64,000 bases of DNA from Felis catus (Eukaryota). The stretch spans positions 141,858,001 through 141,922,000 of the forward strand of contig NC_058368.1 of NCBI RefSeq assembly GCF_018350175.1, given 5' to 3'. The notes below the pieces were generated by a model. That model had not been told where the DNA came from and did not search any database. It was given only the letters and a program-made list of their open reading frames with translations. A program made the position numbers and the translations under genes. Positions 49,383 to 63,458 of this stretch are shown piece after piece; position 1 is the first letter of the stretch; each line of letters opens with the position of its first letter.

Positions 49383-50337
49383 CGGCACTCTAATGATAAA
49401 GTGCCAGGAAGCATGTGTGTCTCCTTAGGTACAGAAATATTTGTACGTGCCCAGTACTTTCTGGAAGCGTGACAGATAGGATTTAATGACCTCAAGATGA
49501 AGGAATCTTTGTATGATAACCCCTCTAGAGAGAAAAATAGACTACCTTCACATAAACTTTAAGAAATTGCTGACTATACTGCTTACATATGCCCTAGTTC
49601 TGTATTATCTTTAATTAAACACATAAACTCACAGTTATTTCCCAGTTATTATTTTCCACAGTTATTATTCATAGAAGAAAATAAAATTTATTTTTATTAG
49701 GTATGCTGGACTCTGGGGCAAGCACAGCATATTAATACTTTCATCCTGCCGAAAATATTTTCTACTTAGGTCCATATTTTAAAATATTTCAGCTCTGATA
49801 CAGGCTGACATCATAGCATTTCTTTACTACAGAATCAGGTCAAAAGAAAATGGAGGTATTTTAATGCTATAATTAGGACTTTATCTTGAAGGGTGAGGCA
49901 CTTCAATGTGCGCAGGGAAAAATACATTAGTAGGTCACGAAAAACAGTTCCGTAGTGAAAGAAAATACAGAGGCATAACATTTATAGTGGTAGAAGTTCG
50001 CTAAGTCTCAAATCCCTCACATTTTCACTAACACAAAACACAAGAGCACATCATTAGGTTGACAAACCTACAACTCCCAGAAGTGAAAAGTTAATTAAGA
50101 ATCAATTTATTATTTTAAAGACATACTAATGAATTTTCAAGTATGCCAGGGATGTAGACAAACATATACTTTCAAGGTTACTTTATAGAAGAAAAGGATT
50201 AGCAAAAACCAAAAGATTACGCACTGACATCTGTTAATGGCTATGTACATGTGGTAATTTATTTCAGAGACCAGCCAGAAGAATGAGCACATATTATTTG
50301 GGATGGCAATTTCTAGTAAACCGTAGTAATCTCTCAC

Positions 50338-50435
50338 CTTGCTCTTTCTTAAAATCTTTCTCTGACATGGCCACAGGTAACAGCAGCTCTCCAACAGGTG
50401 GCTGAATATTAACATTGAAGCAATCATCCTTGGTA
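50338..50435 (-). CDS. AP3B1: AP3B1 internal coding exon (98 nt, probably exon 25), encoding [32 protein letters not shown](G)
   Basis: Minus strand reads tttttctcttag|TACCAAGGAT...AAAGAGCAAG|gtgaga. Phases are compatible with both neighbouring exons, and the peptide is visible in ORF 50294..50503. Confidence 0.97.
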
Positions 50436-51181
50436 CTAAGAGAAAAACACATCAAAGCCGACCAATTGCTTAACAGATAAACATTCTCTTTAATATTATG
50501 CACTTAAATAGAAGTAATTAAAGGATATGCCAGCATATAAAGTATAAGATCTTCTTGGCTTAACTAGCAGAGCTAAAATTTTCTCAACACTATTTTCAGA
50601 GAAATACATCTGTTACCTCAATTAGAAAACACTTTTTTTTTTTACAAAAATATGCAGTTATTGTAAGTACACCATTTAATGTAGAATTTTAAAAATAGGT
50701 GAGCATCAAGGGTACACATACCCACTACTACCAGAGGAACACTTCACGCAACTTACAGAGTAGAGAAGTAGTATTTTCTCTTTACTTTGCATGCTTACAG
50801 TGTAGAAAATGGAGTGCTCTAGTCTTAAATTGTTAAGATCTCTTTTTAAAAAAATTAGTTTAGCAAAAAGTAAAATGGAGTGACCTTACTGTGTATTAGA
50901 TATGTGCTAATAAAATAATGCCTCATCTGCAAACTTGCTTTTTAAAACAAAAACTCTTTTTTTTGGTAGTGTTATTCATTAACATTACTGATCAACATGT
51001 AAAGTTATTATTTCAAATGACAGGATATGAAAAATTTAGGAAAGACAACTTTGTACCTATATCAGATAGAAAAACAGTGAGTGTATTTATTTTAATCTTA
51101 AGACAGATAATACTCTTTAAAAAATTAGTAAAATTTCTTAAAAAAAATTTTAAGGTACATGTTTGAAGTTAGGTTGAGGAA

Positions 51182-51590
51182 TGTACCAGTTAGGAATGTG
51201 TCTGGCTGCAAATAAGCAGAAAATCCAACTAACAACAGGTGCTTATTGTTTAGTATGCAACAAATTCTGCAGTTACCAGTCAAAGACTGGCTCACTGGCT
51301 TAAAGATGCTGTTGGGGACTCAGGTTTCTCGAGCTTTCAACTCCACCGCCCTGGTGTGTTGTTTCATCCTCGCGGATGCCAGATGGCTGCTGCCTTGCTA
51401 GGTACCACTTTTACATTGCAATGAAGAAAAAACAGTGATAATGGAAGAAGAGTGAATAAATGAGCCAACCAAATCTATTCTTTTTTTTTAAATATCAGAA
51501 AAGCTTTTGTCCCCAAAAGGACTTCTACTTTCATGTTAGAACTGGATCTCATGGCCAGTGGGAAGGTGAATAGGGAAATGGGGACTGTGG
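51182..51590 (-). mobile_element. Ancient MaLR LTR fragment (MLT1J/K/L-like)
   Basis: tgtaccagttaggaatgtgtctggctgcaaataagcagaaaatccaact and agatggctgctgc resemble MLT1 motifs. Confidence 0.6.
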
Positions 51591-51680
51591 CTAAAAAAAT
51601 AACAAACATTAGGTTAAGAAACATCATCATCAAAGGGTGCCATAGGGATAAATAAAATAAGAAAAAAAGAAAATCCACTC

Positions 51681-51742
51681 TTTTTTAGTTTATATATTTA
51701 TTCTGAGAGAGAGAGAGGAGGGGGGGGAAGGGGAGAGAGAGG

Positions 51743-51797
<55 letters not shown>

Positions 51798-51910
51798 TCC
51801 CAACCAGGGGCCCAATTTCACAAACCGTGAGATCTCACAAACTGCGAGATCATGACCTGAGCTGAAATCAAGACTCAGATGCTTAACTGGCTGAGCCACC
51901 CAGGTGCCCC
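51681..51910 (-). mobile_element. CanSINE with a long (GA)n tract and TSD
   Basis: TSD aagaaaatccact at 51667-51679 and 51911-51923. Confidence 0.93.
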
Positions 51911-52397
51911 AAGAAAATCCACTTTTATGCTATTATATAATATATTCTTGTAAGAAATTCTTTTATGGAACAAGGCAAGGACTAGATTAAAAAAAAGGTT
52001 TTGAATTATTCACATGTGGACGGTCTAAGGCAAACCAACAAATTCATTTATTAATTCAGTACACATTTACCAAGTACAAACTAGATCCCGTGTATTATGC
52101 AAGTACCTGGGGATTTAAAGACAAGTGAGACTGGCCCTAGAAGCTCACAAGTCAGTGAGAGAGGAAGAGTTCACTTATGTTTATAAAATGGCAAACACTA
52201 CATTATAGATATGTGAAAAGTATTATAATCCATATAAGAGGGATTAATTCTGCAGGAGTGAGGTACAGATACCTTTATTTTCAAGAGGAGAGAGAGGGTA
52301 TTCTAGGTATTCTAGACCTGTGTTTGGGGAATGATGAGCAGTGTGGTATGTCAACAGATGAGGCTGGGGGTGTGCTGTAAAGAATATCATATGCATT

Positions 52398-52527
52398 CAT
52401 GACCATTCATCCCACTTTCCCAGGACAGTCCCAGTTTATAGCTGTTGTCCTGGAATCTTGTTCAGTTAATGTTTCCCTTCACTCTCTAGAGTGTCCTGAT
52501 TTCTATGACAAAGTGTATGATTACTTC
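52398..52527. mobile_element. MER94-like hAT-Blackjack non-autonomous DNA transposon
   Basis: ggacagtcccagtttatagctgttgtcctgg...cccttcactctctagagtgtcctgattt matches the MER94 layout as I recall it. Confidence 0.7.
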
Positions 52528-52744
52528 ACTGATATAACTAAGACAAAGGTGTTTCAATGTTTCTTGAAGTAACAAGGAAAACTACCAGAGACTTTTGACA
52601 CAGGAAAATAAATGATTCCATTGTATTTCAGAAACTCTAGTGGCAGTGTGTAAGATGTAGTAGAGGAGAAACCCAAGCCAGGTAGATTTGTTAGGAATTT
52701 AATTGAATAGTCTAGGCAGGGCTTTTACATTGTGTGTTTTACTT

Positions 52745-52890
52745 TAGTAAATCCTGACAATGAACCTAAGAGGTGGCTGCTGTTATCCCCCAACTTAGTG
52801 ATAAGAAAAGTTAAACAACACATCCCAGGTCACATAGCTAGTAAGTGGCAGTACTGGGATCTGAACTCAGGTCCATCCTGCTCCCCAGTC
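52745..52890 (-). mobile_element. MIR element
   Basis: cccaggtcacatagctagtaagtggcagtactgggatctgaactcaggtc. Confidence 0.8.
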
Positions 52891-53897
52891 TGCTATATAA
52901 TGCTGCTTTAAGATGTATTTTTTATTCTGCTATGTAAGGCTGCTCTCCTAGGGTGGGTAGCACTGAAAACTGGGAAGATGAGAGTATTTTAGAATTAAAA
53001 GGGACAGAGGTGGTGATGGATGGAAGAGACTTTGAAACTTCTAATGCGAAAAACTGGGAGAATGACAACTACTGAAGAAGTAGATAGAGTTTTGGGGATT
53101 AAACAAAAGGATTTGGCTTTAATCATGTTATATTTTGAGTACCAGTGAATTATTCAGGAAGAGATATTTAGTAGATAATTGGAAATACAACTCAAGAATC
53201 AGAAAAGAGGTCAGGGCAGTATATATGAGTTTGGAAGTAATCAGAATGGTAAAGAGAAGAGCTGAAGCCTTACAAGGAGATAAGATCACACAGGCAAAGA
53301 GGATATACCACGAAAAAGGATAAGGTGGAAACCTGGGGAAGACCTACATTTAAGCAGAAATGGAAGAACCGTAGCTTGCAGAACACACTGGGAGACAGTG
53401 GTCAGAGAGAGAATGTGTGTGTCAAATAATGCAAAGAGGAATAAAAAGAAGGAAGTGTGACTTCGGATTAAAGCCAGGCGGTTCAGATGGAAGGCAGAAT
53501 GCAGAACGCCCTGAGGTGAAGGGGGAGTGGGGAGGCTGACAAGGAAAGATGGGACAGAAAGCAAGACAAGCTTCACGAGGATGCAGAGGCAAAAGAATGC
53601 TTAATGAAACTTGAGCATGTTTACAGGATGATGGGAAAGAGCCAGTAAAGAGGAAGAAACTAAGGAATATCTGATAGAGCAAGGCATTAGAGGAAGTAAA
53701 TGAGGATGGGATTAACAGCATAAGAACAAGGTGAAGAGAGTAGGATGCTTCTTCCCAAAGCAGCAGACAAGGAACGGTTAGGACTGAGGCAAGTACTGAG
53801 GGTAGGACACTTGAAGGATGAGACCACATGTGATGTAGTGGAAGGCTAAGTCACATTAAAAGAAATAGGTAAAGGCTGAAAGAGTAAATGGATAGGT

Positions 53898-53898
53898 G

Positions 53899-53931
<33 letters not shown>

Positions 53932-54000
53932 TTATATATAAATACACATGTAAAATATATATATGAACTATATATAATATATATATAAATTTATACATAT
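53898..54000. repeat. (GT)n microsatellite followed by TA-rich low-complexity sequence
   Basis: Read directly. Confidence 0.9.
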
Positions 54001-54528
54001 AGGGAGGGCATGATAGAAATATTTTATTAATAGAAGAATACAATTAAAATGACCACTGTGTTAAATTGTATTTATTACACTCTCTTTACCGGTATTTTCT
54101 TTTTAATTACAGATGAAATGATTAGCCTTGTCCTTCCCAACGGTCCTGAAGGATACCATTTACGCCCTTGATTAAAGGTAGCTGTGTAGCTCTGACTCCC
54201 AGGGAGAAGGGTGGGATAGCAGAGAAAGAAGGGAAAGGAGACTTGCCTTCTAAAGCATATACGAAAATGTAGGTGGGTAAGCAGCAGGTTTAAGTTTGAG
54301 GCAAAAAGTGATCTTGAAATTTCCCTCCTAGGAATTTGCAGTGTGTTAAATACTAATACAGATGACTCAACTTGACTGGTTTTGCTTTCACTGCTTTTGG
54401 CTAAGCTAATGATATTTTATTTTCTGTAGTTGGTAAAATGGCTAACATAATTATGTATGAAAAACTAAGGACAGAAGTTGATCCAGAATGGGTCTTACGA
54501 GGCAAATGTAAATAAAAGGGGAACACTG

Positions 54529-55045
54529 TTGTGGCAGACAGAACTTGTTGTTTACTCTGTGTTTCTTTTATTTTTCTTCTTTCCTGGCATAACCCTGATT
54601 TGGTTCAGGTACACAATGTGCCCAACTGAAACATTTTCTATCTCAGCCTCTCTTGTTGCTAGGACTGAGTAACCTAGTTATAACCCATGGAGCAGGAACA
54701 GAAGTCTGTCAGGGATTTCTGGGTAAGTTTTGCTTTTCCAAAAAAGACATGGCTCCTCTTTCCATGTCACTTCTTTCTTTCCTTCTTCTTTTATTTTTAT
54801 TTTTGCCTGGAATGCAGACAGAAGCCTGAAACTAGAGCAGCCATATTGTGACCATGAGGATGGCAGGCACATGCTAATGACATTAGCACATGAAAACAAA
54901 AACCGCTGGAAAAACCTTATACCCAGAAGATACTATGGAGGTACTCTGGCAGCTCTTTAACAGCTGACCTCTGTTCTTCTTATACCAGCAGGATAATACA
55001 CCCCTATTTGGTGGGTTTGTGTTACACACAACCGAATGCAAAAAT
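54529..55045 (+). mobile_element. Ancient MaLR LTR (MLT1H/I/J-like)
   Basis: tgtggcagac start and tgcctggaatgcagac...gcagccatattgtgaccatgagg motifs. Confidence 0.7.
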
Positions 55046-56770
55046 CTAGCTAGCATATAACATGCTTTATAAGCCAGTTTCAGTTTCAAAGCAAGGTTTG
55101 GCTTAGACTGGCCTAAGATGGAATGTTCCCTCTTTATTTTAGGGAAACTTTCATCTATATTAGTGTTCTAGGATGTCCTCCAGTTTTCACGTGCCTCCTT
55201 TTCTACCCTTTGCCCTTTTTTTGTTTACTTCTCTTTCTCCTCACAGCTCTTCTCTTTTCCCTGACCTCTTTTTCTTCTGATCTCCCTCCGGCTGACCATG
55301 GGGCTAAACATAGATATCTTGGCATGGGTAAGGAATGGTGAAAATGAGTAAGGACAGATGTGTATCTATTGGAATTAACACATCAACAAACTACTATTAT
55401 TAGGCAGCTCTAAATAGCCTAGTTAAATGAGATCAAATGACATAATAGTTTAATGTAATACAAGAATCTACCTGTTATATTTAAGTGTAATGCATATACT
55501 TGCACTACATACAATTTCATTTCACAGACTTGTAGGATCCAGATTGGTACATTTCTAGGTAAGAGAAATGGGCAAGTAGTCTAACCATTGTGAAACTCAA
55601 GATTCCTCATCTACGAAATTAAAAAAAAAAAAAAGGCACTTACCTTGTAGCCAACTTTTAACAATTAAATAACAGTATAATGCTTAATGCATACTAGACA
55701 CTCAAAACCTACATATATAAAGGGTTGTATCATAATTTATTTAAGCATTCCCCTATTGATTATCATTTGAAATTTTCCCTACTATAAACAATACTTACTT
55801 AAATACCTTTGGCTAGATCTATTTTCTTCTGCAAACCACCAATATTTCTCTAGGCCTGACAGCCTGAAGAGGAAATTGTTAAGTAGAAGAGTGTGAGTAC
55901 CTAGTGTTCTGGAAGGGCCAAAGTGCCCTAAAAAAGGTGGTGTCAACAAAAATCCCATAAACGGTATACCAGAATACATGTTTCCTCTACCTTGTCAATG
56001 TCAGATACTAAAATTATTTAAAATGTTGCCAATTTGGTGACATGTTTTAATTTTAATTTCCCTGTTACTAGTGATATTCAATATCTTATGTTCATTGGCT
56101 ATTTGCATTTTGTTCTTATAAACTGCCTATTCTTAGTGTTTCCCGACTTTTTTACTGAATTCCTTTATATTGACTGAAGAGTTCCTTACATACTCTGGTT
56201 ATTAAACTGTTGTCTACTACATACGCTGCAATACATTCTCACCATGTCTCACCTGTTATGGTATCTACTTTTTCTTTGTAGAGAAATTTAAAAATTTTAA
56301 TAGTCAAATCTGATCATTTTTCACTTTATCCTTCCTAGTACTGTCTTAAGATTTTTCCCCCAAAGAGTATGAAAACATTTGTGTATATAACATTTCAATA
56401 CATTTTTTTATGATTTATGACATTTTCGTTTCTGGTTGAATTTTAAAAATTTGTCAAGTTCCCTGAAAAGACCTACTGGAATTCTGCCTACAATCACACT
56501 AAAGTTGAAGATTAATTTGAACGAAAGTATAGTATCTCATTTTGGAACACAGTATATGTATTAATTTACTCATATCTTCTTTTCATGACCTTCAGGAAAG
56601 TTTCAGGGTTTTTTTCTTTTTCTTAATTCCTACATACGTATTTCTTGTTAATTTATTCCCTTTGTTGTTCCTATAGAATAACTTCAGTCATAATGTTTTA
56701 AAATTGGTCATTCTTATTATATAGAAATGTTATTGATTTTCACTTGATGATTTGTACTACCATTTAAAAA

Positions 56771-56981
56771 ATTTTTCTTTAATGTTTATTTATTTTTGAG
56801 AGAGACAGAGAGAGAGAGAGACGGGGGGTGGGGGGGGAGGAGCAGAGAGAGAGAGAGGAAGACACAGAATCTGAAGCAGGCTCCAGGCTCTGAGCTGTCA
56901 GCACAGAGCCTGATGCGGGGCTCAAACTCACAAACCAAGCTGAAGTCTGGAGCTTAACCAACTGAGCCACCCAGGGGCGCC
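56771..56981 (-). mobile_element. CanSINE
   Basis: aatgtttatttatttttgagagag...cttaaccaactgagccacccagg. Confidence 0.93.
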
Positions 56982-57496
56982 ATGTACCACCTTTTTAAAC
57001 TCACTAATTAAATAATAGATTTGCTGTTGATTCCAAGACTTTCTGGGTTGATAACGATATTGGATAAAAATGACAGTTTTGTCTCTTCATTTCTAGGATT
57101 TATACCTCTGTTTTTACTTGTCTTTTTATATTGGCTAGCACTTCAATATAATGTGAAATAGTGTTGAAAATGGGTAACCTTCTTTTGCTTTTCTGACTTA
57201 AAAGAGAATGTTTCTCCTATTTCATGTAGTAACAGGTAACTTGTAAGGCCCAGAAGTCATCTGAATTTACAACACCAAGTAGTATGTACCGTTGTGTGCT
57301 ATTCTTTCAGATTTTAAAATTGGGGTGATGCTAAGCTTTATAGAATGACATGGATACTTTCCTTTTCTCTGATCTACAAAGTTTAAATAATATATAGAGA
57401 TTATCTCTTTTCTGAAGTTCTGATACAATTTAATCAATTTTATTCCTAACATTTTTTTCTAGGGAGCCATTCATTTCATCTAAATATTCCAATTCA

Positions 57497-57720
57497 GGGG
57501 CGCCTGGGTGGCTCAGTTGTTTGAACGGCTGACTTCCACTCGGGTCATGATCTCACGGTTCGTGAGTTTGAGCCCCATGTGGGTTCTGTGCTGTCAGCTC
57601 AGAGCCTGGAGCCTGCTTCGGATTCTGTGTCTCCCTCTCTCTATGCCCCTGCCCCACTAGCACTTTGTCTCTCTCAAATAAATAAATTAATGTTAAAAAA
57701 AAAATCTTAAAAAAAAAAAA
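57497..57720 (+). mobile_element. CanSINE with TSD
   Basis: attccaattca at 57486-57496 and 57722-57732. Confidence 0.95.
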
Positions 57721-58531
57721 GATTCCAATTCACTGGGATAGAATTACATATGTTATTTTGTAATTCAGAAGATCTTGTGTTTTATTACCTTTCTCTTTTC
57801 TAATCTTTCTTATGTGTCATCTTTTTTCTCTAATCAAATTAGCTTAAAATTTTTCGATTTTTTTTGTACATCCTATGCTTTTTAAAAAAACTGTGTATTT
57901 CCTGTACTCAGGAAACAAAGACTTCTTTGCAAATACAAATGTCTTAGATCAAGTTAGATAACTGAATTATTGAAATTTTGTGAAGTTGTGTGTATATCTA
58001 TATTTACCTGAATGTTTATCTCAATATTTATCTTCTCTGATTTGTTAACTTCTGAGGCATGTGTTAAAATATACTATGGTCATGGCTTTGTCAATTTCTC
58101 CTAGAATTTCATTAGTTTCTGCTTCATATATTACAAAACTATGTTACTGAAAAGTCTGTAACTTATATTTTTGTGGAGGACTGCAATGAATAGAACATTT
58201 TCTTAATATGAAGTGCTTTTTAAATTTTTCTAGCGTTAGTATTGCCTCCTTTTCTTTTTATCATCTTTCTGATAATAGTAAACATACACACAACATCTAT
58301 ATATTTCATCTTTTTATTCTCAATTTTTCTGTCATTCTCCTTTAAGGTGGGGTACTTATAAATAGTATATGCTGAATTTTGTTTTTACATGTTTAATGTA
58401 AATGGAATTGAACTTCCTGATATGAATCATGATAACCAGTATGTGTGGTATGTGTGGCTCCTTCCAGGCACGTTATTTTGTGTTCTATTTACCATGCTTT
58501 GTTCTTCTCCCTCTTTGTTAAAATGATCAAG

Positions 58532-58725
58532 TTTTTTTTTTTTAATGTTTATTTATTTCTTTTGAGAGAGTGACTGAGCGAGTGAGAAGGGGCAGAGAGA
58601 GGGAAAGAGAATTCCAAGCTGTTAGCGTGGAGACCAATGTAGGGCTTGATCTCACAAACTGTGAGATCATAATCTGAGCTAAAATCAAGTAGGACGCTTA
58701 ACCAACTGAGCCACCCAGGTGCCCC
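58532..58725 (-). mobile_element. CanSINE with TSD
   Basis: tgatcaagtttt flanks both ends. Confidence 0.92.
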
Positions 58726-59726
58726 CAAACTGATCAAGTTTTAATCACTTCTTCTTACCTCTAGACATTTGGGGTTATATCTCATATTCTCATTATTTTA
58801 GTGGGTAGTTTTAATATTTTAAACGACATTTAAACCTCTTTTCGCCATTAATCAATCCTTCTGCCAAACATGACAAGAACACCATTATTCATCCCTTCTC
58901 AAACGTGTCCATGTCAGGATTTTAGTTCCAGTGTATTATTAAAATTTATTTTCTGCATTCTGTGTGAACAATTATCTTACACATTAATGCATTTTACACC
59001 TAGAATTCTTTGTCCATTACTTTTTTTGGACTCTGTGTTTTTCTCTGGTTCACATTACACAAAGGTTTTTACTACAGCATATATTTGAGTAATCCTTTCA
59101 AGAAAGGGCCTGTGGGTGGTAAACTGATGAAATCTGCTTCTCTGAAAAACGTCTATTTGGTTTCCTCGTTCTTTGCCTTCTGGCCACCAGAAATGATGAC
59201 AGTATTGATGAGAAATCGAATTCCATTCACATTCTTGCTATTTTTTAGGTAAGCTGCTTTTTTCTCCACTCTGAAAGACACCACATTGGTTTTCTCCTTA
59301 TCAAAAATGTCACAAGGATATGTGGTCTTTTTGATTGTAGTTCACATTCATCCTGTTTGATCGTTGATGGGTCCTTTCAATCTGAAGGGTTGTACATTGC
59401 TTTAGCTTGGGAAAAAATTTTCTTCTACAATTTATTTATTTCTTCGCTCCATCATTTCTTTTCTTTCCTTGTACATTTATTAGACGAATTGTTTCTTTTA
59501 ACCTTTCTTACACAGTTTCCACCTCTTTTTGTTTTCTATTCCAGTTGATTTCACTGCTCCCTCTTCCAGAACTAAATCAGTACTCAGCTGTGGGCATTCT
59601 ATTGTGCATCTACTGAATTTCTTTTGGCACTGTATTTTTAAACCTCTGAAAATATATTTAAAATTTTGTAATTGCTCCTATTTCAAAGCAAGTGATATGT
59701 TCTTGCTTTAAAGATGTAGTGCTCTC

Positions 59727-59934
59727 GGGGTGCCTGGGTGGCTCAGTTGGTTAAGCGTCTGACTTCAGCTCAGGTCATGATCTCACAGGTCACGGGTGCG
59801 AGTCCTGTGCTGGGCTCAGTGCTGACAGCTCAGAGCCTGGCACCTGCTTCAGATTCTGCGTCTCCCTCTCTCTCTGCCCCTCCCTCGCTCACACTCTGTC
59901 TCTGTCCTTCAAAAAAAAAAATAAATAAATGTTG
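59727..59934 (+). mobile_element. CanSINE with 18-bp TSD
   Basis: taaagatgtagtg(c/t)tctc at 59709-59726 and 59935-59952. Confidence 0.95.
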
Positions 59935-60149
59935 TAAAGATGTAGTGTTCTCTTGAATTAGATTATAATTTTTAAAGTTATCTCTTTTCTTTTTCAAACT
60001 GTCTTATCCCTTTGTAATGAGTCTTTGTAGTCACCTTGAGTCTTCCCTTCCAAACTGATGCTTTTCCTCAAAAGTCTAGTCCCTCCGTAGGCTGTCCATT
60101 TTTCATTCATAATGAAGGAACTGGCTTAATTAACATACACAAGTCTGCT

Positions 60150-60330
60150 ACCTATTAGCTGTATTTTAGACAGTTTTCTTACTCTTATTCTGCCTCAGTT
60201 TATTCACCTCTAAAAATGGGATAATAATACTTATCTCATGGGATTGTTCTGAGAATTAAATAAACACAATACAAGTGTTTAGAACAATGCCAAGCACACT
60301 GCAATTGCTTGATACATAGTATTATTACTG
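60150..60330 (+). mobile_element. MIR element
   Basis: tctgcctcagtttattcacctctaaaaatgggataataatacttatctcatgggattgttctgagaattaaat. Confidence 0.88.
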
Positions 60331-63300
60331 TGGGTTTCCTCTCCCATGGTGGGCTGACTGAAGTTTTCTTGTGGGTGAGGCATGACTGGTTACATGGACA
60401 TGAAGTTGAGAGGCAGGTAGGCAATGGCCTTATCTCTCCAAAAACAGGTGTAAGACTGACTTTGCTCTCGTGGGACAGAACTTGAGAATACTTCTCTTCT
60501 GGACAGAACTTCATTTCACCTCATCTCTGACCATCGCTGCCTCCTTCCCACAAACTCAAAAACCCTGCTGTTGTCTTAGGACTCCACATCCACACCAAAC
60601 GTCCTTCCAGGAAAGTAGGTCGTTCTCCTTGCAGTGTAATTTTTAGGTCTCTGACTAAATGTGAATGTTGCCTGCCGTTAGAGTAAGGTGGGAGAACTGG
60701 GGGCTGGAAGTACTTCTTTGATTTCCTGATGACTGTCTTACCCTAACTTTTCATCTGTTCACTTTATGCTTCATATTCTGCTAGATTTTTTCTTACCATT
60801 GCAGTTTTCTTACATGAGTGTTTCGCTCTGTGGTTTTTATTTTCTCTGTTACTGTTGATATGTTCCCATTTGCTTTCTAACTGCCAACAACTCTTCACAA
60901 TTTCTGGTCAGCTAATGACATTCTTTCATTTTGTTTTTAGTGTTCCTTCTCTTTTAAAGAATGTGTTTCTGTCTTTTAAATAGATTTGGGGCAAAGAAGA
61001 GGGGTGGATGCTAGTACTCACCCCTCTAACTTGAGTGAAGACGTATTTTTCACACTAGTTACCACACTAGTATCTACTGATCACAAGCATGAGACCTGTT
61101 TAAGCACTGAATCTACTTTTAGAGAGAGAGGCACACATTTATGTGTATTATACACATTTTAAATCTCAGTAAGTTTAACCAAGGACTTATTTTGATTACC
61201 ATTTAAAATGCAAAGCAAAAAAAGGCATTAATACATCGAGTATTCACATAACTATATACAACAGTTCTACGTACATGTATGTATGTGTCATATAGCTATA
61301 ATGATACAGAATTAATGTAGAGACTAAAGTAGAATCATTTTACTCTTATTTTCTTTTAATAAATAGAAGTATACCTGAAAGGCTTATAGTCCATGTTCCC
61401 AGCATTTCTCAAGGCTTCTTACCAAATATGCTCTTATTATCCATAATTTTACCTATCGATTTGTATAATGTATTTTGAGGAAAAAATTCAATATCAGCTA
61501 TTCTTGCTTTTTTCCCCCCTTATTATTGAACTACCAAGACTAATACAGCACATCACTAAGCAAAAAGTGCTATTTACTATGCAAAAGGCACAGTCAGTGA
61601 TTGGCATCTAAGACCAATTGATCTACCCATTACCGCTATCTCCCTACCCCCACTAGCACTACTATGAAGCTATTGATTTAAACACTGTCGATCGGTTTCC
61701 ATTTTCTGATTTTGGGCAGGCCAATTAAGAAAGTGAGTAATTGTGATTACATTGCTTCAGGATCAATTACATTTGATGCAAGACAAAGTGTTCTTTTTGG
61801 AACATATAAAAAATTTTTGATCTAGTATGCTTATGTGTTTAATAAAATCTAAAATAATTTATATATTCACAACAGAAAAACATTAGTGTAAATGCTTATA
61901 ACAGCTAAGGCTATTTTCTATATAAAATAAACTCATAATTTCCCTAAAATTCGTTTAAAAGAAATTGAGAAAAAATTGTTCATATACATTCCCCAATGTA
62001 AGACAAAAAAATCAAACACTACCTACATACTTATCCCTAAAGGTATGTAGTTAATTATAAAAGATAAAATGCAAGAAAACGTGCAATGGGTTACAGAGGA
62101 AAGAAATCTTTGTAATGATAATATATTTAAAGAGCCCTGCCTCATTATATAGAAATCTAGCAGGTTCTTCATATAAATTGATAAGAAAAAATAATTTTTT
62201 TTAGTTCTTAGTTTTGTCCTAACTTGGTCCACAAGCTTTGTCATTGGGCTCACATTGTTGAAATCATTAAAATGAATATACCTCTGGTGTTGGAGGCAAA
62301 TCTATTTAGAGTGATGTTACTCATAGTCCTGTGCTCAGTAATATTGATCTCTGTTGTTTGTCTAATAGAAAAATAATAAACAATTACTAGGCAATGTTGG
62401 GAAAAGTAATCAGTTTTTATATATCACTAATATAGCAGACCTCCCAAAACATAAAGGTGATGATCTGCATAAAATCAATGTGTTATGCTACATTGCTTAT
62501 ATTCATCATTGCAGGTTTTCAGCAATAAATGGTACAATATTAGGCCTGAATTACTGGTAAACTGAAAAGGCATATGGAAAAGAAGAGTTCACTATACTTA
62601 ACCTATAAATTTATTTTAAAATGTCTATTTCCTAAACTTGCTGATTTTTACTGTAGCAAACAAATTCTGTTGTAAACTAGCTAAGATTTAGACAAATAAA
62701 ATGTTTCAATTCTTTTTAGAATAAAATCAAAGCAACTTCAAATCAAAATAACAAATCATATCCTCGATCAGAAAAATGTAGGAGTTCAAAGGTAATTCTG
62801 AAAGATGGATGAATACAGCTTTGTATTAATTTGCTAATAATTCCTAGACTTTATCAGAAATTTATAAAACATTATATGAAACAATAACTATAATGAAACC
62901 CAAACCTAGAAAAGCTCTTTTGAATAGTATTCACCCATGAAACCTTTGCCAACTGTATAAATGTTCTTCAAGTTTTAACAAAGGCAGTTTATAAATTAAA
63001 GTAAAAAGGGAAAAATGTATGGGTGTTAGGTACTGACAGAATCAATAACTGTTCACTTATGAGGCTCAAGATAATATAAAAGATATTTCAAAACATATCT
63101 TTTCTGGCCTATTCACTATTATTAAGGTTTTTAATTTCTCCTGAATTTTCCTCATGAATTTTCTAAAACTGTAGAGTTAAGTAAAAAAACATTTAGCAGT
63201 AGCTTCTTACTTTAACCAACAAACTGTGAATTTCAATCATATATGGCAGACTGTAATGGCTAAGCTGGGTAACAATACTAAAAATACATATGCGGTAAAC

Positions 63301-63458
63301 AATGTGTACAACTATTCTATGGCAGTCTAAACATTGCCAAAGAAAGACATGTTTGTTTAAATGGTTTCTCTCTCAAAGAAAAAAGCTGCTGAAAGCCTGC
63401 TTTTTGATGTGCTATCCTTTACAAGTAATATAAAATATAGGAGAACAATTGAACTTAC

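Larger units (their letters stand above)
52040..53700 (-). mobile_element. Degraded LINE-2 remnants interrupted by MER94-like and MIR insertions
   Basis: L2-type 3' end (ttcatttattaattcagtacacatttacc...) followed by long purine-rich L2-like sequence. Boundaries are uncertain. Confidence 0.55.
55720..60000 (-). mobile_element. Highly degraded ancient LINE-1 (L1M/L1ME-like) fragments interrupted by four CanSINEs
   Basis: T-rich antisense L1 motifs: ttttaatttccctgttactagtga, aagttgaagattaatttga, aaatgacagttttgtctcttcatttcta and tttgtcaatttctcct. Limits are approximate. Confidence 0.65.

Noticed and set aside
49631..49670. Three imperfect cagttatt repeats upstream of the candidate microexon (UAAC on the mRNA strand)
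   Set aside because: They lack the full ACUAAY QKI core, lie about 600 nt away, and are explained by simple slippage.
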